A DNA stretch of 64,000 nucleotides from Vampirovibrio chlorellavorus. GTDB taxonomy: Bacteria > Cyanobacteriota > Vampirovibrionia > Vampirovibrionales > Vampirovibrionaceae. The stretch is from positions 34,763 through 98,762 of the forward strand of contig CAIPMU010000019.1 of the NCBI GenBank assembly GCA_903866275.1, in the 5' to 3' direction. The notes under the pieces were generated by a model. The model worked only from the letters and a program-made list of their open reading frames with translations, made no database searches and had not been told where the DNA came from. Positions within the stretch are counted from its first letter, which is position 1. Each line of letters begins with the position of its first letter. The translations under genes and the position numbers were made by a program. This document shows, piece by piece, positions 1 through 10,131 of this stretch.

Positions 1-960
1 CCCGAGGGCGTCCTGCTCATTCCTGATAGCCGACAAAATTCACTGACCATTATGGGTACCGCCCAACAGATAGCCACGGCAGAATCCCTGATACCCACCC
101 TGGATGCCCAACTACCGCAAGTTGCCATTGAAGCCTCATTAATTGAAATTACAGATACCAATGGTAAGACATTTGCACCTCAATGGGGCACAGCACTGGG
201 TGATTTGCAGAGCGGCTTTAACAACCAGCCGGTAGAAGGGACACTGGGTGGCGTGATGAGCGGCTCAAACGGGTTGATTGGTTTAAGAACCGTTGATGCA
301 GCCGATACCGATAGTAAAGCTGGCTCCGGGTTGATCTACACTTCAAGCCCAGTCGCCAGCAAAAGAGATTATCTATTCCAATTAAAAACCCTGGTTAGTA
401 AAAACAGAGCGAAAATTCTCGCGAATCCAACGATTGTGGCCTCTCATGATACGGAATCCGTAATCAGCATTGTGGATGAAATTCTAAGACGCGTCACCAC
501 TACGGTTTCTGATGGCGTCATTACGACCACCAACGAAATTGGTGAAGTCGGTATCGTGCTGGATATTCTCCCTAAAATTGGGGAAGATGGCACCATCAGC
601 ATGCGCTTGCGACCTTGCGTCACAACACCATTAGAAGAAGTTACCAGTGGCGGTCATCTGGTAGTTACCCTGGTGAGCAAACGAGATTTAATGACGCAAA
701 ATTTAAGGGTGCGGGATGGGCAAACGCTGGTCATTGGAGGATTGATTCAGCAAAATGAAACGCTGGCCAGTCAAAAATTCCCAGGACTGGGAGATCTTCC
801 CATTGTCAGTGCCATGTTTCGGGCTTCCCAAAAAAACGGAAAGCGTTCAGAGCTGGTGCTAATGATTACACCGCATATTATTAATAAAAGCAAATTGGCT
901 CCTATTCATTCAGTATCTAGTGATGAGCCTATTCCCACTGGCTTTACAGGAGGAGAATAA
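1..960 (+). CDS. Secretin (PilQ/GspD family), 5'-truncated by window edge
   Basis: Frame 1 is open from base 1 (PEGVLLIPDSRQNSLTIMGT). Contains N3 tail 'LDAQLPQVAIEASLIE' and secretin motifs 'AKILANPTI', 'DGQTLVIGGLI', 'PGLGDLPIVSAMF', 'RSELVLMITPHII'. Confidence 0.9.
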   Translation, partial: PEGVLLIPDSRQNSLTIMGTAQQIATAESLIPTLDAQLPQVAIEASLIEITDTNGKTFAPQWGTALGDLQSGFNNQPVEGTLGGVMSGSNGLIGLRTVDAADTDSKAGSGLIYTSSPVASKRDYLFQLKTLVSKNRAKILANPTIVASHDTESVISIVDEILRRVTTTVSDGVITTTNEIGEVGIVLDILPKIGEDGTISMRLRPCVTTPLEEVTSGGHLVVTLVSKRDLMTQNLRVRDGQTLVIGGLIQQNETLASQKFPGLGDLPIVSAMFRASQKNGKRSELVLMITPHIINKSKLAPIHSVSSDEPIPTGFTGGE

Positions 961-3305
961 TGCGTTTTCCATTGCAAAAAGCAACTGGTTCCAAAGTCAT
1001 CGGTTTGGCGTTGAGCTTTTTCATACTGCTGAATGTAACGCAAGCGGGTGTTGTGCTGGCCGCAGAGAATGGGGCGTTGAGTGGTGACATCCGTGTGACT
1101 GTCAATCCGGCCAACATTAAGGAGAGTTTGCCGATTCCCGGAGGCACTCGTAAAGTCACCATGTCGCTTCACGATGTGGATCTTCAGGACGCCTTGCGCG
1201 CTCTGGGGCAAAAGGGAAACTTCAATGTCCTGATTGATGAGTCCGTCACCGGTAAAATCAATGTCGATTTAAATAACGTCAGCATTCAGGATGCGCTGGA
1301 AACTTTAAAAGCCTGTGGCAATCTGGTATACGAAGTTCAGGGGAAAAATTTAACCGTCGCCGAGGCCAATTCGTCCAAAGCACAGGCGTTTAAAAAGTCA
1401 ACGACGCGAATTTTTCATCTGGAATACGCCAACGCCAAAGTCATCGCTGATTTTTTAAATTCCACCATTTTTGTGGATCGAGCAAAAGGTGGCAGCTCCT
1501 CGGGGTCTGCTGGCGGCGCTGCCAATTCAACGGGCAATAACACGTCCAGTGCATCAGGCGCAGCGGCTAGTAGTACAGGCGCAAGCGCTTCGGGCGCTGC
1601 ATCAGGCTCAGGCGGGTCCAGCACTGGAGGCTCAACCTCGTCTTCGGGGCCAGTCAGTGCAGATTACAATACGAACAGCTTGATTGTGGTGGGTGATCCT
1701 GCGGATATTAAAGTGGTTGAAACTCATTTATCAGCACTGGATAAACCCCGACTGTCCAAAACATGGCGACTGAGTCAGTCCAACGTTTTGGATGTTGCCG
1801 CAGCACTAGGCGCCAGTTTGTTTAATGAAGGCCAACCACTCCTGCAGATTGGATCCACTAGCAGCAGCGGTACCACACAGCCCAGTATCATGAGAGCCAA
1901 TCTGGAATCAATCTCGGAAGGAGCCGGTTCTGCCCAGACGGATGCAGGGTCTAGCGGTAAAGTAACTGGTTCTTTCTCCAGTAGCACCATCCGAACTCGT
2001 ATTCAGGCCGTTCAAAATATTGCGATTTCACCCACTGGCGCCATTATCATGCCAGATACCCGACTCAATACACTCACCCTCATGGGTACAGCTGAGCAGA
2101 TTGAACTGGCAGACTCATTTATTGCCTTACAGGATCGTAAAGCGCCACAAGTTGTTCTGGAAGCGGCATTAATCGAAGTTCAGGAAAGTACAGAAAATAG
2201 CCTCGGTTTATACAGCGGTGGTAATAATCGTGGCGTCAGTTTTGGCTCGAATAATACGGGCAGTGCATTTACCAATGCCATTGGGCGCACCGCCACGGAT
2301 GATGGCGTGAATATTTTTCGGATTAGCACCAATCCCAGTGCGATGAGTAAAGATTTTTTCTATCAGCTGAATGCGATGCTCAGCAAAAACAAGGCCAAAT
2401 TATTAGCCAACCCCACTATGATCACCTCGAACGATAATGAGGGGATTATCAAAATTGTGGACGAAATCATCTCCTCGGTGACGGTAACTGCGGCGAGCCT
2501 GGGTACAGCTTCATCAGTCACTTATAACATCGGCGAAGTGGGTATTATTCTGAATATTTTGCCCAAAATCGGCGCGAATAAAACAGTTTCCATGCGGGTA
2601 AGGCCCATCATCAGTACAGTTCATGCCACCAAAACCGATTCAAACGGTAATATTGTCACCCTGTTGTCCAAACGGGAAACATTAAATCAAAATGTTCAGG
2701 TTGCTGACGGTGAAACATTTGTGTTGGGTGGATTACTTCATAACACAAGCCGTCAAACCGTGCTGAGCAACCCCATGCTGTCTAAACTACCAATCCTGGG
2801 GGCCTTGGCCAGAAATACGGACAATGCCAAAAAACGGAGTGAACTTATTATTTTAATCACCCCGCATGTGATCAACGACGAATCCGAGTTATCCCGGACA
2901 GTGCCCAGAACCCTGGGACCGGCAACACAGCCTGCCACGTTTAACGGTTTCAGCAGTTCAGCAGTTGGCAGTAAAGGATTTGTGCCTGTCTCATTTTCCG
3001 GTAGCAGTAATACATCCAACAGTGCGCTGCCCCCCATGATGCCAACACACGCCTTTGACCGCAAAAACAATGGTACCGATCCGCTGGAAGGAAAGCCCTA
3101 TGCCCGCCCATTGCCCATTCCCTCGGGTGCTCTGTTGCCGGATGAGATCAAGGCTGCACCAGAGCCAACCTTGAGAACCACGAAGGCCAGTGTGATTTCC
3201 CAACCGGCCAGCCCCAAATTCATGTCGACTGAAAGCACCACGGCTGTCCAGAATAACGATCTGTCGGATGACAAGATTCGGGCCATCATGGACAAGTTAA
3301 AGTAA
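960..3305 (+). CDS. Secretin (PilQ-like) with signal peptide, STN/N0 and N3 domains, Ser/Gly-rich loops and a Pro-rich C-terminal tail
   Basis: Signal peptide; 'VTMSLHDVDLQDALRAL...NVLIDESVTGKINVDL'; 'APQVVLEAALIEV'; 'AKLLANP'; 'DGETFVLGGLL'; 'RSELIILITPHVI'. ATG overlaps the upstream TAA (TAATG). Confidence 0.92.
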   Translation: MRFPLQKATGSKVIGLALSFFILLNVTQAGVVLAAENGALSGDIRVTVNPANIKESLPIPGGTRKVTMSLHDVDLQDALRALGQKGNFNVLIDESVTGKINVDLNNVSIQDALETLKACGNLVYEVQGKNLTVAEANSSKAQAFKKSTTRIFHLEYANAKVIADFLNSTIFVDRAKGGSSSGSAGGAANSTGNNTSSASGAAASSTGASASGAASGSGGSSTGGSTSSSGPVSADYNTNSLIVVGDPADIKVVETHLSALDKPRLSKTWRLSQSNVLDVAAALGASLFNEGQPLLQIGSTSSSGTTQPSIMRANLESISEGAGSAQTDAGSSGKVTGSFSSSTIRTRIQAVQNIAISPTGAIIMPDTRLNTLTLMGTAEQIELADSFIALQDRKAPQVVLEAALIEVQESTENSLGLYSGGNNRGVSFGSNNTGSAFTNAIGRTATDDGVNIFRISTNPSAMSKDFFYQLNAMLSKNKAKLLANPTMITSNDNEGIIKIVDEIISSVTVTAASLGTASSVTYNIGEVGIILNILPKIGANKTVSMRVRPIISTVHATKTDSNGNIVTLLSKRETLNQNVQVADGETFVLGGLLHNTSRQTVLSNPMLSKLPILGALARNTDNAKKRSELIILITPHVINDESELSRTVPRTLGPATQPATFNGFSSSAVGSKGFVPVSFSGSSNTSNSALPPMMPTHAFDRKNNGTDPLEGKPYARPLPIPSGALLPDEIKAAPEPTLRTTKASVISQPASPKFMSTESTTAVQNNDLSDDKIRAIMDKLK

Positions 3306-3391
3306 GTCGATTGAACCTTCCCAAAAAACAGACAGCTCAAATGCTCCATGCATCAAAAGGTTCACTCAACCTCGGAGTGCCGTCGCTTGAG

Positions 3392-5284
3392 TTAAGCTTG
3401 CGCGGTGAGCAACTTTGCTCTGAAGCTTAAATTGCGCGTGGTCATATCCTGCTCATAGCACTGCACTTCCTGAAGCATGCGGGGCTCATCCCACTCCATT
3501 AACGCCGCCATGAGTTGGGCCGTGGCATGCATGATTGAAAATCCAAGATCCGGGTTTAAACCCGCCCCAATCCGACGCAGCAGGACATCTTCCAGCGAGC
3601 AGGCCATCTCACAGCGCACCGCATAAACCACCTGTACCGCTAAAACCTGCGGCGAGCCCGATGACATGTCAGCGGCATCAACCGTTTTGACACTAACCTG
3701 GGGTAACGGCTTTATCCATGCCGGATTCTCCTGAAGGAGGGCCAGTACAGCATGCGCCCGACTGCCATAGAGCGACAAAAGCCCCTGCACCGTGTTCGGA
3801 TCCAGAGCGGCGGACGCACACAGTTCAGGCACTACTTTTGCCAGATAGTCGGTCCAGTTGAGGATACCCTCTCCCCCCGGCAAAGGGCGGTGTCGGGTAT
3901 CACCCGACGGTGGCGCCATCCCGTTGGGCAGGCTTAAATGATACGTTAAAGCCGCATAATCCACGGCCTCCTCCGCTAAATTGCGGTAGGTTGTTAACTT
4001 GCCCCCAATGATCGAGATCAACCCGGCGACAGGCCAGGCAGGGTCCTGGGCATGATCAACAATCCAGTGCTTGCGCGTGATCTTGCCCGCTTTTTTACCT
4101 TCGGCATAGGGTAAAGGACGAATACCCGCATAGGCGTAGAGTACGCTGGCCGCCGTCAAATGGGCCTGAGGCAAGACCGTGTTGGTTTCTGCCAACAGGT
4201 AAGCCACTTCATCGTCCGTTGGGATCACCGCATCCAGATCATCCATGTAGCGCGTATCGGTGGTGCCAATCAGCAAGGTCTCATTCAGCCAGGGCAGGAT
4301 AAAAAAGGGTCTGCCGTCCGTGCGGGCCTCGGCGTACAGGGCTGTCTCCGGGGCACCAGAAAATCGCCGGACCACGATATGCGTGCCTTTGGTCCCACCC
4401 ATGCGGGGACGGAGCGAATGCGTCGCAATATGCTCAGAATCCTGTGCAATACTAAGTTGCAGCAATTCATCCACCCACGGACCCGAGGCATTGATAAACA
4501 CTCGCCCGCGAACAGTGTGGCATTGACCACTGAGTGTGTCCTGGAACCGCAGACTGGTAAGGGTCTGATTGTCGACCCCCAGTTGGTCCACCCTGGCGTG
4601 GTTGAGCATCGTGGCGTTGCCGGTTTCCATGGCGGCAATGACGTTTTCAATACAGATCCGTTCCGGAAACAATACTTGGGCGTCGTAATAAACCGGGCCA
4701 CCCTGTAGCCCCTCCGCATGGACACCGGGATATGTGGCCTCAAATTCGGCACGATTGAGCAATCGATGCGGAGGCATCGACTTTCCCCAGGACAGCACAT
4801 CGTAGAGCAGCATCCCCAGTTCAATTTTCCACAATGGATTTTGTCCATTCCGGTAGACAGGAATCGCCATTGGCAAGGGCTTGACCAAATGGGGTGCGTT
4901 CTTCAGCAATAAAGCCCGTTCTCGCAACGATTCACGCACCAGATCAAATTCCAGATTCGCCAGATAGCGCAGCCCGCCATGAATTAATCGACTGGAATAA
5001 GCCGACGCCCCGGCGCCAAAATCCTGCTTTTCCAGCAATAAAACCGTGAGTCCCCGCTGGGCTGCATCGCGAGCAATACCGGTCCCATTGATGCCGCCGC
5101 CAATCACCACCAGATCATACAGCGGCCACTCCGTGGAAGCGTCCAGTCTTAACACGCCTGATTGCGGTTCCCGTCGGGGTAAACGGCGGCTGCTGACTGG
5201 ACTACCGTTTTTTTTAGCCGAATCCGGACTCATGGGCAAACTCGCAGCTCCCTGTTGGCGTGAACGATCATATTCTCTATTCAC
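3392..5284 (-). CDS. glpD: FAD-dependent glycerol-3-phosphate dehydrogenase
   Basis: 'YDLVVIGGGINGTGIARDAAQRGL', 'SSRLIHGGLRYL', 'GGKLTTYR'. GTG start preceded by GAGGGAG. Confidence 0.93.
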   Translation of the reverse strand: MNREYDRSRQQGAASLPMSPDSAKKNGSPVSSRRLPRREPQSGVLRLDASTEWPLYDLVVIGGGINGTGIARDAAQRGLTVLLLEKQDFGAGASAYSSRLIHGGLRYLANLEFDLVRESLRERALLLKNAPHLVKPLPMAIPVYRNGQNPLWKIELGMLLYDVLSWGKSMPPHRLLNRAEFEATYPGVHAEGLQGGPVYYDAQVLFPERICIENVIAAMETGNATMLNHARVDQLGVDNQTLTSLRFQDTLSGQCHTVRGRVFINASGPWVDELLQLSIAQDSEHIATHSLRPRMGGTKGTHIVVRRFSGAPETALYAEARTDGRPFFILPWLNETLLIGTTDTRYMDDLDAVIPTDDEVAYLLAETNTVLPQAHLTAASVLYAYAGIRPLPYAEGKKAGKITRKHWIVDHAQDPAWPVAGLISIIGGKLTTYRNLAEEAVDYAALTYHLSLPNGMAPPSGDTRHRPLPGGEGILNWTDYLAKVVPELCASAALDPNTVQGLLSLYGSRAHAVLALLQENPAWIKPLPQVSVKTVDAADMSSGSPQVLAVQVVYAVRCEMACSLEDVLLRRIGAGLNPDLGFSIMHATAQLMAALMEWDEPRMLQEVQCYEQDMTTRNLSFRAKLLTAQA

Positions 5285-5787
5285 GCTCCCTCAAATCTCT
5301 CCATTATCATACCGTGTTTAATATTGACTGTCATAAGTGAATTCACCCCAACAAGCCCCAGGTGAATTTTGTTCAAAAATAAAGCAACAAATCTTGTCAG
5401 ATCAATCGAATTATCCAGCCAAAACCGTGGGCCAGTTCGACGCCAAGATCGTTCAGCGGAAAGACCCCCTGGAAAGGGGCACAGCTGCCAATGATTCGGC
5501 GTGAACGACTTCGACGGGAGCGTCAGTGATTGCGACATGACAACGCATTCCTGCAAAACCGCAATTGGCAGGACCAATAAAATTAAAACGGTGTATTAAC
5601 GATTGCAACACCCGCTTGCCCATTATTTGGGGTTTTCAGGAATATTGGGTACAATGTTATAAAGGAAGTCTCTGTGGGCGGGCTTCGATAAAACCGGAGA
5701 GAGCAGCGCCCCACCGACTTTCGGCTGAATATTGCAACCCAAGCTGTCTAAACGCCTTGTACAGTCTGTTGAGAAGAGAGAACAGTC

Positions 5788-7203
5788 TTGACTACTACCC
5801 TGCATAAACCGCTGTTGGCGGAACGTCTGGCCACATACGCCCATGAATTGACCTATGAGAAACTCCCCCATGCCGCGGTGCTAGAGGCCAAACGACGCAT
5901 CATCGACGCACTGGGCTGCGCCATGGGCGCCATTTCCTGTGGCAGCGAACCTGCGCGCATTGCCGTTCAGGTGGCCGCTACGGCCAGTAATCCCAATGGC
6001 GCCACGGTACTGACCACCACCCACAAAAGCTCCCCGGATCTCGCGGCTTTTGCCAGCGGTGTGATGATGCGCTATCTGGACTTTAACGATACCTACCTGT
6101 CCAAGGAGCCCGCACACCCCAGCGATAACATTGCCGCCGTACTGGCCGTGGCTGAGGCCGAAAAACGCAGCGGACGGGATATTCTGACCGCCATCGTGCT
6201 AGCCTACGAAATTCAGTGTCGCCTGTGCGATGCGGCCAGCATTCGGTCCCGCGGTTGGGATCATGTCACTTACGGTGCCTTTTCCGCGGGTTTGGCTGCC
6301 GGAAAACTGTATAACCTGAGCAAACAGCAACTGGTCCATGTGCAGGGTTTGGCCGCAACGCCGAACAACGCCATGCGCCAAACCCGAGTAGGCGAACTCT
6401 CCAACTGGAAAGGGTGCGCCTTTGCCAATGCCTCCCGTAACGCGGTGTTTGCGGCCATGTTGGCCAAGGCGGGCATGACGGGTCCCTCCGAAATTTTTGA
6501 AGGCGAAATGGGCTTCTGGGCACAAATCTCCGGCCCGTTTGAACTGGCCACCCTGGGTGGTGAAAACGGCAGCACCGATTTCATGATCAACCACACCTAT
6601 GTGAAGCACTTCCCGGCTGAATACCACTCGCAAAGCGCCATTGAAGCCGCGCTGGAACTGCGCGAGGCAATTGGGGCCAAAGACATCGATCAAAAAATTG
6701 AGTCCATCACCATTGAGAGCTTTGATGCCGCCGTGGATATTATCGCGGGCTTTGAGGAGCATTGGCATCCCAAAACGCGCGAAACCGCTGATCATAGCAT
6801 GCCCTATTGCGTTTCGGCGGCGCTCATGGACGGGGACATTACGCTGGATACCTTTACCGATGCCCGCATTCAGGATCCCCAATTGGTGGCCCTGCTGCAA
6901 AAGGTGAAAGTCAACCGCAACACGGAAATGACTGCTGGCTACCCCGACGGTATTCCCAACCTGTTGATCATTAAAACCACCGATGGGCAGGAATTCCGCA
7001 AGGAAATCCGCTACCCGTTAGGCCATAACAAAAACCCCATGAGCGATCAGGACGTTGAGAAAAAATTCCGCTCGATGGCCAGCCGTGTGATGTCCGAAAA
7101 GGCCGTCAACGAAATCCTGGATGAACTGTGGCGCATCGATACCTGCGAGGACATCTCTGAAATCATGACCCTGTTTGCCAATGCGTTAGCGGCAGGTTGT
7201 TAA
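5788..7203 (+). CDS. prpD: 2-methylcitrate dehydratase (MmgE/PrpD)
   Basis: 'RYLDFNDTYLSKEPAHPSDN', 'GWDHV', 'LSNWKG', 'RETADHSMPY'; first gene of a cluster with prpB and prpC. Confidence 0.92.
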   Translation: MTTTLHKPLLAERLATYAHELTYEKLPHAAVLEAKRRIIDALGCAMGAISCGSEPARIAVQVAATASNPNGATVLTTTHKSSPDLAAFASGVMMRYLDFNDTYLSKEPAHPSDNIAAVLAVAEAEKRSGRDILTAIVLAYEIQCRLCDAASIRSRGWDHVTYGAFSAGLAAGKLYNLSKQQLVHVQGLAATPNNAMRQTRVGELSNWKGCAFANASRNAVFAAMLAKAGMTGPSEIFEGEMGFWAQISGPFELATLGGENGSTDFMINHTYVKHFPAEYHSQSAIEAALELREAIGAKDIDQKIESITIESFDAAVDIIAGFEEHWHPKTRETADHSMPYCVSAALMDGDITLDTFTDARIQDPQLVALLQKVKVNRNTEMTAGYPDGIPNLLIIKTTDGQEFRKEIRYPLGHNKNPMSDQDVEKKFRSMASRVMSEKAVNEILDELWRIDTCEDISEIMTLFANALAAGC

Positions 7204-7229
7204 AGCCTGATTTTTAAGGAACCCCCAGC

Positions 7230-8144
7230 ATGAGTGAAGCCCTCCTTCAGCCTGAGCCCAACAAGCCCTCCCGGTTGCGGGCCTTGCTTGCCCAGGGCAC
7301 CGTGATGATGCCGGGCGCGTTTAATGCCATTTCCGCCAAAATTGTGGAGAACGTAGGCTTTTCAGCCCTGTATGTCTCGGGCGCGGGCATTTCCAACGGT
7401 GTGGGCGGTTACCCGGACATCGGTTTTATGACCGCCTCGGAAATGGCCACCCAGGCCGGGTATATTGCTCGATCGGTGAACATCCCGGCCATTGCCGACG
7501 CCGATAACGGCTATGGCGAAGCGGTCAACGTGTTTCGCACCGTGCAGGAGTACGAGCGCCAGGGGCTCAGTGGCCTGCATCTGGAGGATCAGGTGATCCC
7601 CAAACGCTGCGGGCACCTGGACGGCAAGCAAGTCATTTCGGTGGAACACATGCGGGAGAAAATTGCCGCCGCTGTTCAGGCGCGCGTGAACCCGGATTTC
7701 CTGATCATTGCCCGTGTGGATTCCAAGGCGGTGTATGGCTTTGATGAAGCGGTGACGCGCGCGCAAGCCTATCTGGATGCGGGCGCGGACATGATTTTCC
7801 CCGAAGCCCTGAACACGCGCGAGGAGTTCGAGGAGTTCGCCCGGCAAATCAAAGCCCCCTTGCTGGCCAATATGACCGAATTTGGCAAAACCCCCTATTT
7901 GACGGTTAAAGAGTTTGAACGCTTTGGTTACAATATCGTTATCTTCCCAATGACTGCCTTTCGCATTATGATGAAGTCGGTTGAGGACAGTCTGAGAGTC
8001 TTAAAGGCAGAAGGCACCCAGATTTCCCTGCTGGATCGGATGACCTCCCGTGAGGATCTGTACCGCCTCATCCACTATCAGGATTATGAGTCGCTGGACG
8101 CCAGTTTGGCCACCCAGTTCTCTGATAAAGCTCCCGGCGGTTAA
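7230..8144 (+). CDS. prpB: Methylisocitrate lyase
   Basis: 'DADNGYG', 'HLEDQVIPKRCGHLDGK', 'PLLANMTEFGKTP'. Confidence 0.95.
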   Translation: MSEALLQPEPNKPSRLRALLAQGTVMMPGAFNAISAKIVENVGFSALYVSGAGISNGVGGYPDIGFMTASEMATQAGYIARSVNIPAIADADNGYGEAVNVFRTVQEYERQGLSGLHLEDQVIPKRCGHLDGKQVISVEHMREKIAAAVQARVNPDFLIIARVDSKAVYGFDEAVTRAQAYLDAGADMIFPEALNTREEFEEFARQIKAPLLANMTEFGKTPYLTVKEFERFGYNIVIFPMTAFRIMMKSVEDSLRVLKAEGTQISLLDRMTSREDLYRLIHYQDYESLDASLATQFSDKAPGG

Positions 8145-8246
8145 GCCGTCGCCATACCCACTTTAGTTTTTCAGTCCAGATGAATCGCGTTTTTCAGACT
8201 CATCCCAAATTTTATAAAATTATTCAATCCTACAAAGGGGACCACC

Positions 8247-9377
8247 ATGAAAACGGCAGAATACAGTCCAGGTCTTGAAGGCGTTATCGCCGGACCCACC
8301 ACGATTTCTCATGTCAACCCGGAACTCGTCAGCCTGATGTACCGGGGCTACGATATTAAAGACCTCGTGCAGCACTCCACCTTTGAAGAAGTGGCCTATC
8401 TGCTGATTCAGGGCCACCTGCCCTCGACCAAAGAGTACAACGATTTTTGCGCCCTGCTGAAAAGCGAACGCACTATTCCTCAAGCCGTGGTGGATGCGTT
8501 TAAGAACATTCCGCCCAACAGCAACCCCATGGATATGTTGCGTGCAGGCGTGAGCATTCTGTGTTTCCACGACCCGGATCGCGATGACAACAGCCATGAC
8601 GCCAACTTGCGGAAAGCTTTCCGGCTGGTGGCCAAATTCCCTGCCCTGATTGCATACAGCTACCGGATTAATCGCGGTCAATCCATTGTGGAACCCGACA
8701 ACACGCTGGGCCACGGCGAAAACTTCCTGTACATGCTACTCGGCCAAAAGCCGGATCCGTATATTGCCCATGTCTTCGATTGCTCGCTGATGAGCTACGC
8801 CGAGCACGGTTTCAACGCCTCGACGTTTGCGGCACGGGTTACCGTTTCCACCCTCTCGGATCTTTATTCCGGCACCGTCTCCGCCATTGGCGCCCTGAAG
8901 GGCCCGCTGCACGGCGGCGCCAACGAAGAAGCCATGCACATGCTGATGGAAGTAGGCTCACCCGAGAATGCGGAAGCCTGGGTGCTGGATGCGCTGGCCA
9001 CCAAGAAAAAAATCATGGGCTTTGGCCACCGCGAATACAAAACCGGCGACCCGCGCGCGGCTATCCTCACCGAAATGGGCGCGGAAATCAGCCAGAAACT
9101 GGGCGACAATCACTGGTACCAAACCGCCAGCATTGTGGAAGAAGTGATGCGTCGCGAGAAAAATATCGTGCCCAACGTGGACTTCCCCACCTCCTACATT
9201 TACTACCTGATGGGTCTGCCCATTGAAATTTACACGCCCATCTTCGCGTTGGCCCGCATTGCAGGCTGGACGGCCCATATGATCGAGCAATTGGACAACA
9301 ATCGCCTGATCCGCCCCAAAGCCCTGTACGAAGGCCCGCAGCATGTCGAGTACGTCACTCGGGAACAACGCGGTTAA
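8247..9377 (+). CDS. prpC: 2-methylcitrate synthase / citrate synthase
   Basis: 'EHGFNASTF', 'GPLHGGANE', 'IMGFGHREY', 'PNVDF', 'RLIRP'; context with prpD and prpB. Confidence 0.88.
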   Translation: MKTAEYSPGLEGVIAGPTTISHVNPELVSLMYRGYDIKDLVQHSTFEEVAYLLIQGHLPSTKEYNDFCALLKSERTIPQAVVDAFKNIPPNSNPMDMLRAGVSILCFHDPDRDDNSHDANLRKAFRLVAKFPALIAYSYRINRGQSIVEPDNTLGHGENFLYMLLGQKPDPYIAHVFDCSLMSYAEHGFNASTFAARVTVSTLSDLYSGTVSAIGALKGPLHGGANEEAMHMLMEVGSPENAEAWVLDALATKKKIMGFGHREYKTGDPRAAILTEMGAEISQKLGDNHWYQTASIVEEVMRREKNIVPNVDFPTSYIYYLMGLPIEIYTPIFALARIAGWTAHMIEQLDNNRLIRPKALYEGPQHVEYVTREQRG

Positions 9378-9400
9378 GCCATTCTGTAAACATTTTGCTT

Positions 9401-9440
9401 AAAACCCTGCCCACTGTGTTGGCAGGGTTTTGACTTTTTT
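9401..9440 (+). terminator. Rho-independent terminator after the prp cluster
   Basis: AAAACCCTGCC-cactgtgtt-GGCAGGGTTTT followed by gacTTTTTT. Confidence 0.8.
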
Positions 9441-9616
9441 GTCCTTCAATTTTTTATATTAAAAAGAACATTAGGTTCAATTCTTTAAAAAGCAAGCTAT
9501 AATAAAGAAGAGTGGGTAAAAACAAACAATGCTCCTCAAGGCCCAAACAGTCAGACTATGGCCTGTTTTAAAGTCTTGGAAGCTCTAATACCCGCAGGCA
9601 GACCCATTGAGGCATT

Positions 9617-10060
9617 ATGAGCCAACGACCAACGCAACAATTCGTCAAAGGTCAAACCATCCTGCTGGAAGGCACACCGGGCGATCGGGCCTTTCGCATT
9701 CTCTCCGGTGAGGTGGCCATTTGCCGACGCAACGAAGAAGGCGCCCTCATGCCCGTGGCCAAACTGGGTCCCGGCGAAATGTTTGGCGAGATGTACTACT
9801 TCTCGCCGGATCAAAAGCGCACAGCGTCAGCCATTGCCTTAAGCCCTACGGTCTATCTGGAGATCCTGTTTGATGAAGACTTGCAGGATCTCATGAAACA
9901 GCTGCCACCCGATTTGGGCGGTATGGTAAAAGGCCTTTGTCAGCGGTTGCAAAAGACTTCTACCCGCTATATCACCGTGGCTCCCAATCGCAACGGGACA
10001 CAGCTCCCGGACGGCACCATGAAGTCCACCAGCACGTTCATTCATCGCCCGATCGAGTAG
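9617..10060 (+). CDS. Stand-alone cyclic-nucleotide-binding domain protein
   Basis: 'GQTILLEGTPGDRAFRILSGEV', 'LGPGEMFGEM...RTASA'; no recognisable HTH. Confidence 0.85.
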   Translation: MSQRPTQQFVKGQTILLEGTPGDRAFRILSGEVAICRRNEEGALMPVAKLGPGEMFGEMYYFSPDQKRTASAIALSPTVYLEILFDEDLQDLMKQLPPDLGGMVKGLCQRLQKTSTRYITVAPNRNGTQLPDGTMKSTSTFIHRPIE

Positions 10061-10131
10061 GGACAAGAATCAAAGTCACAGGCCAAGCTGAATAAATGCA
10101 CACAAAGTCGCTCTATTAAGCCTGGCTCGCC

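Noticed and set aside
1490-1650. Ser/Gly/Ala-rich stretch in the second secretin as a possible DNA repeat or insertion
   Set aside because: Codons vary and the frame is intact; low-complexity loops are known in secretin N domains.
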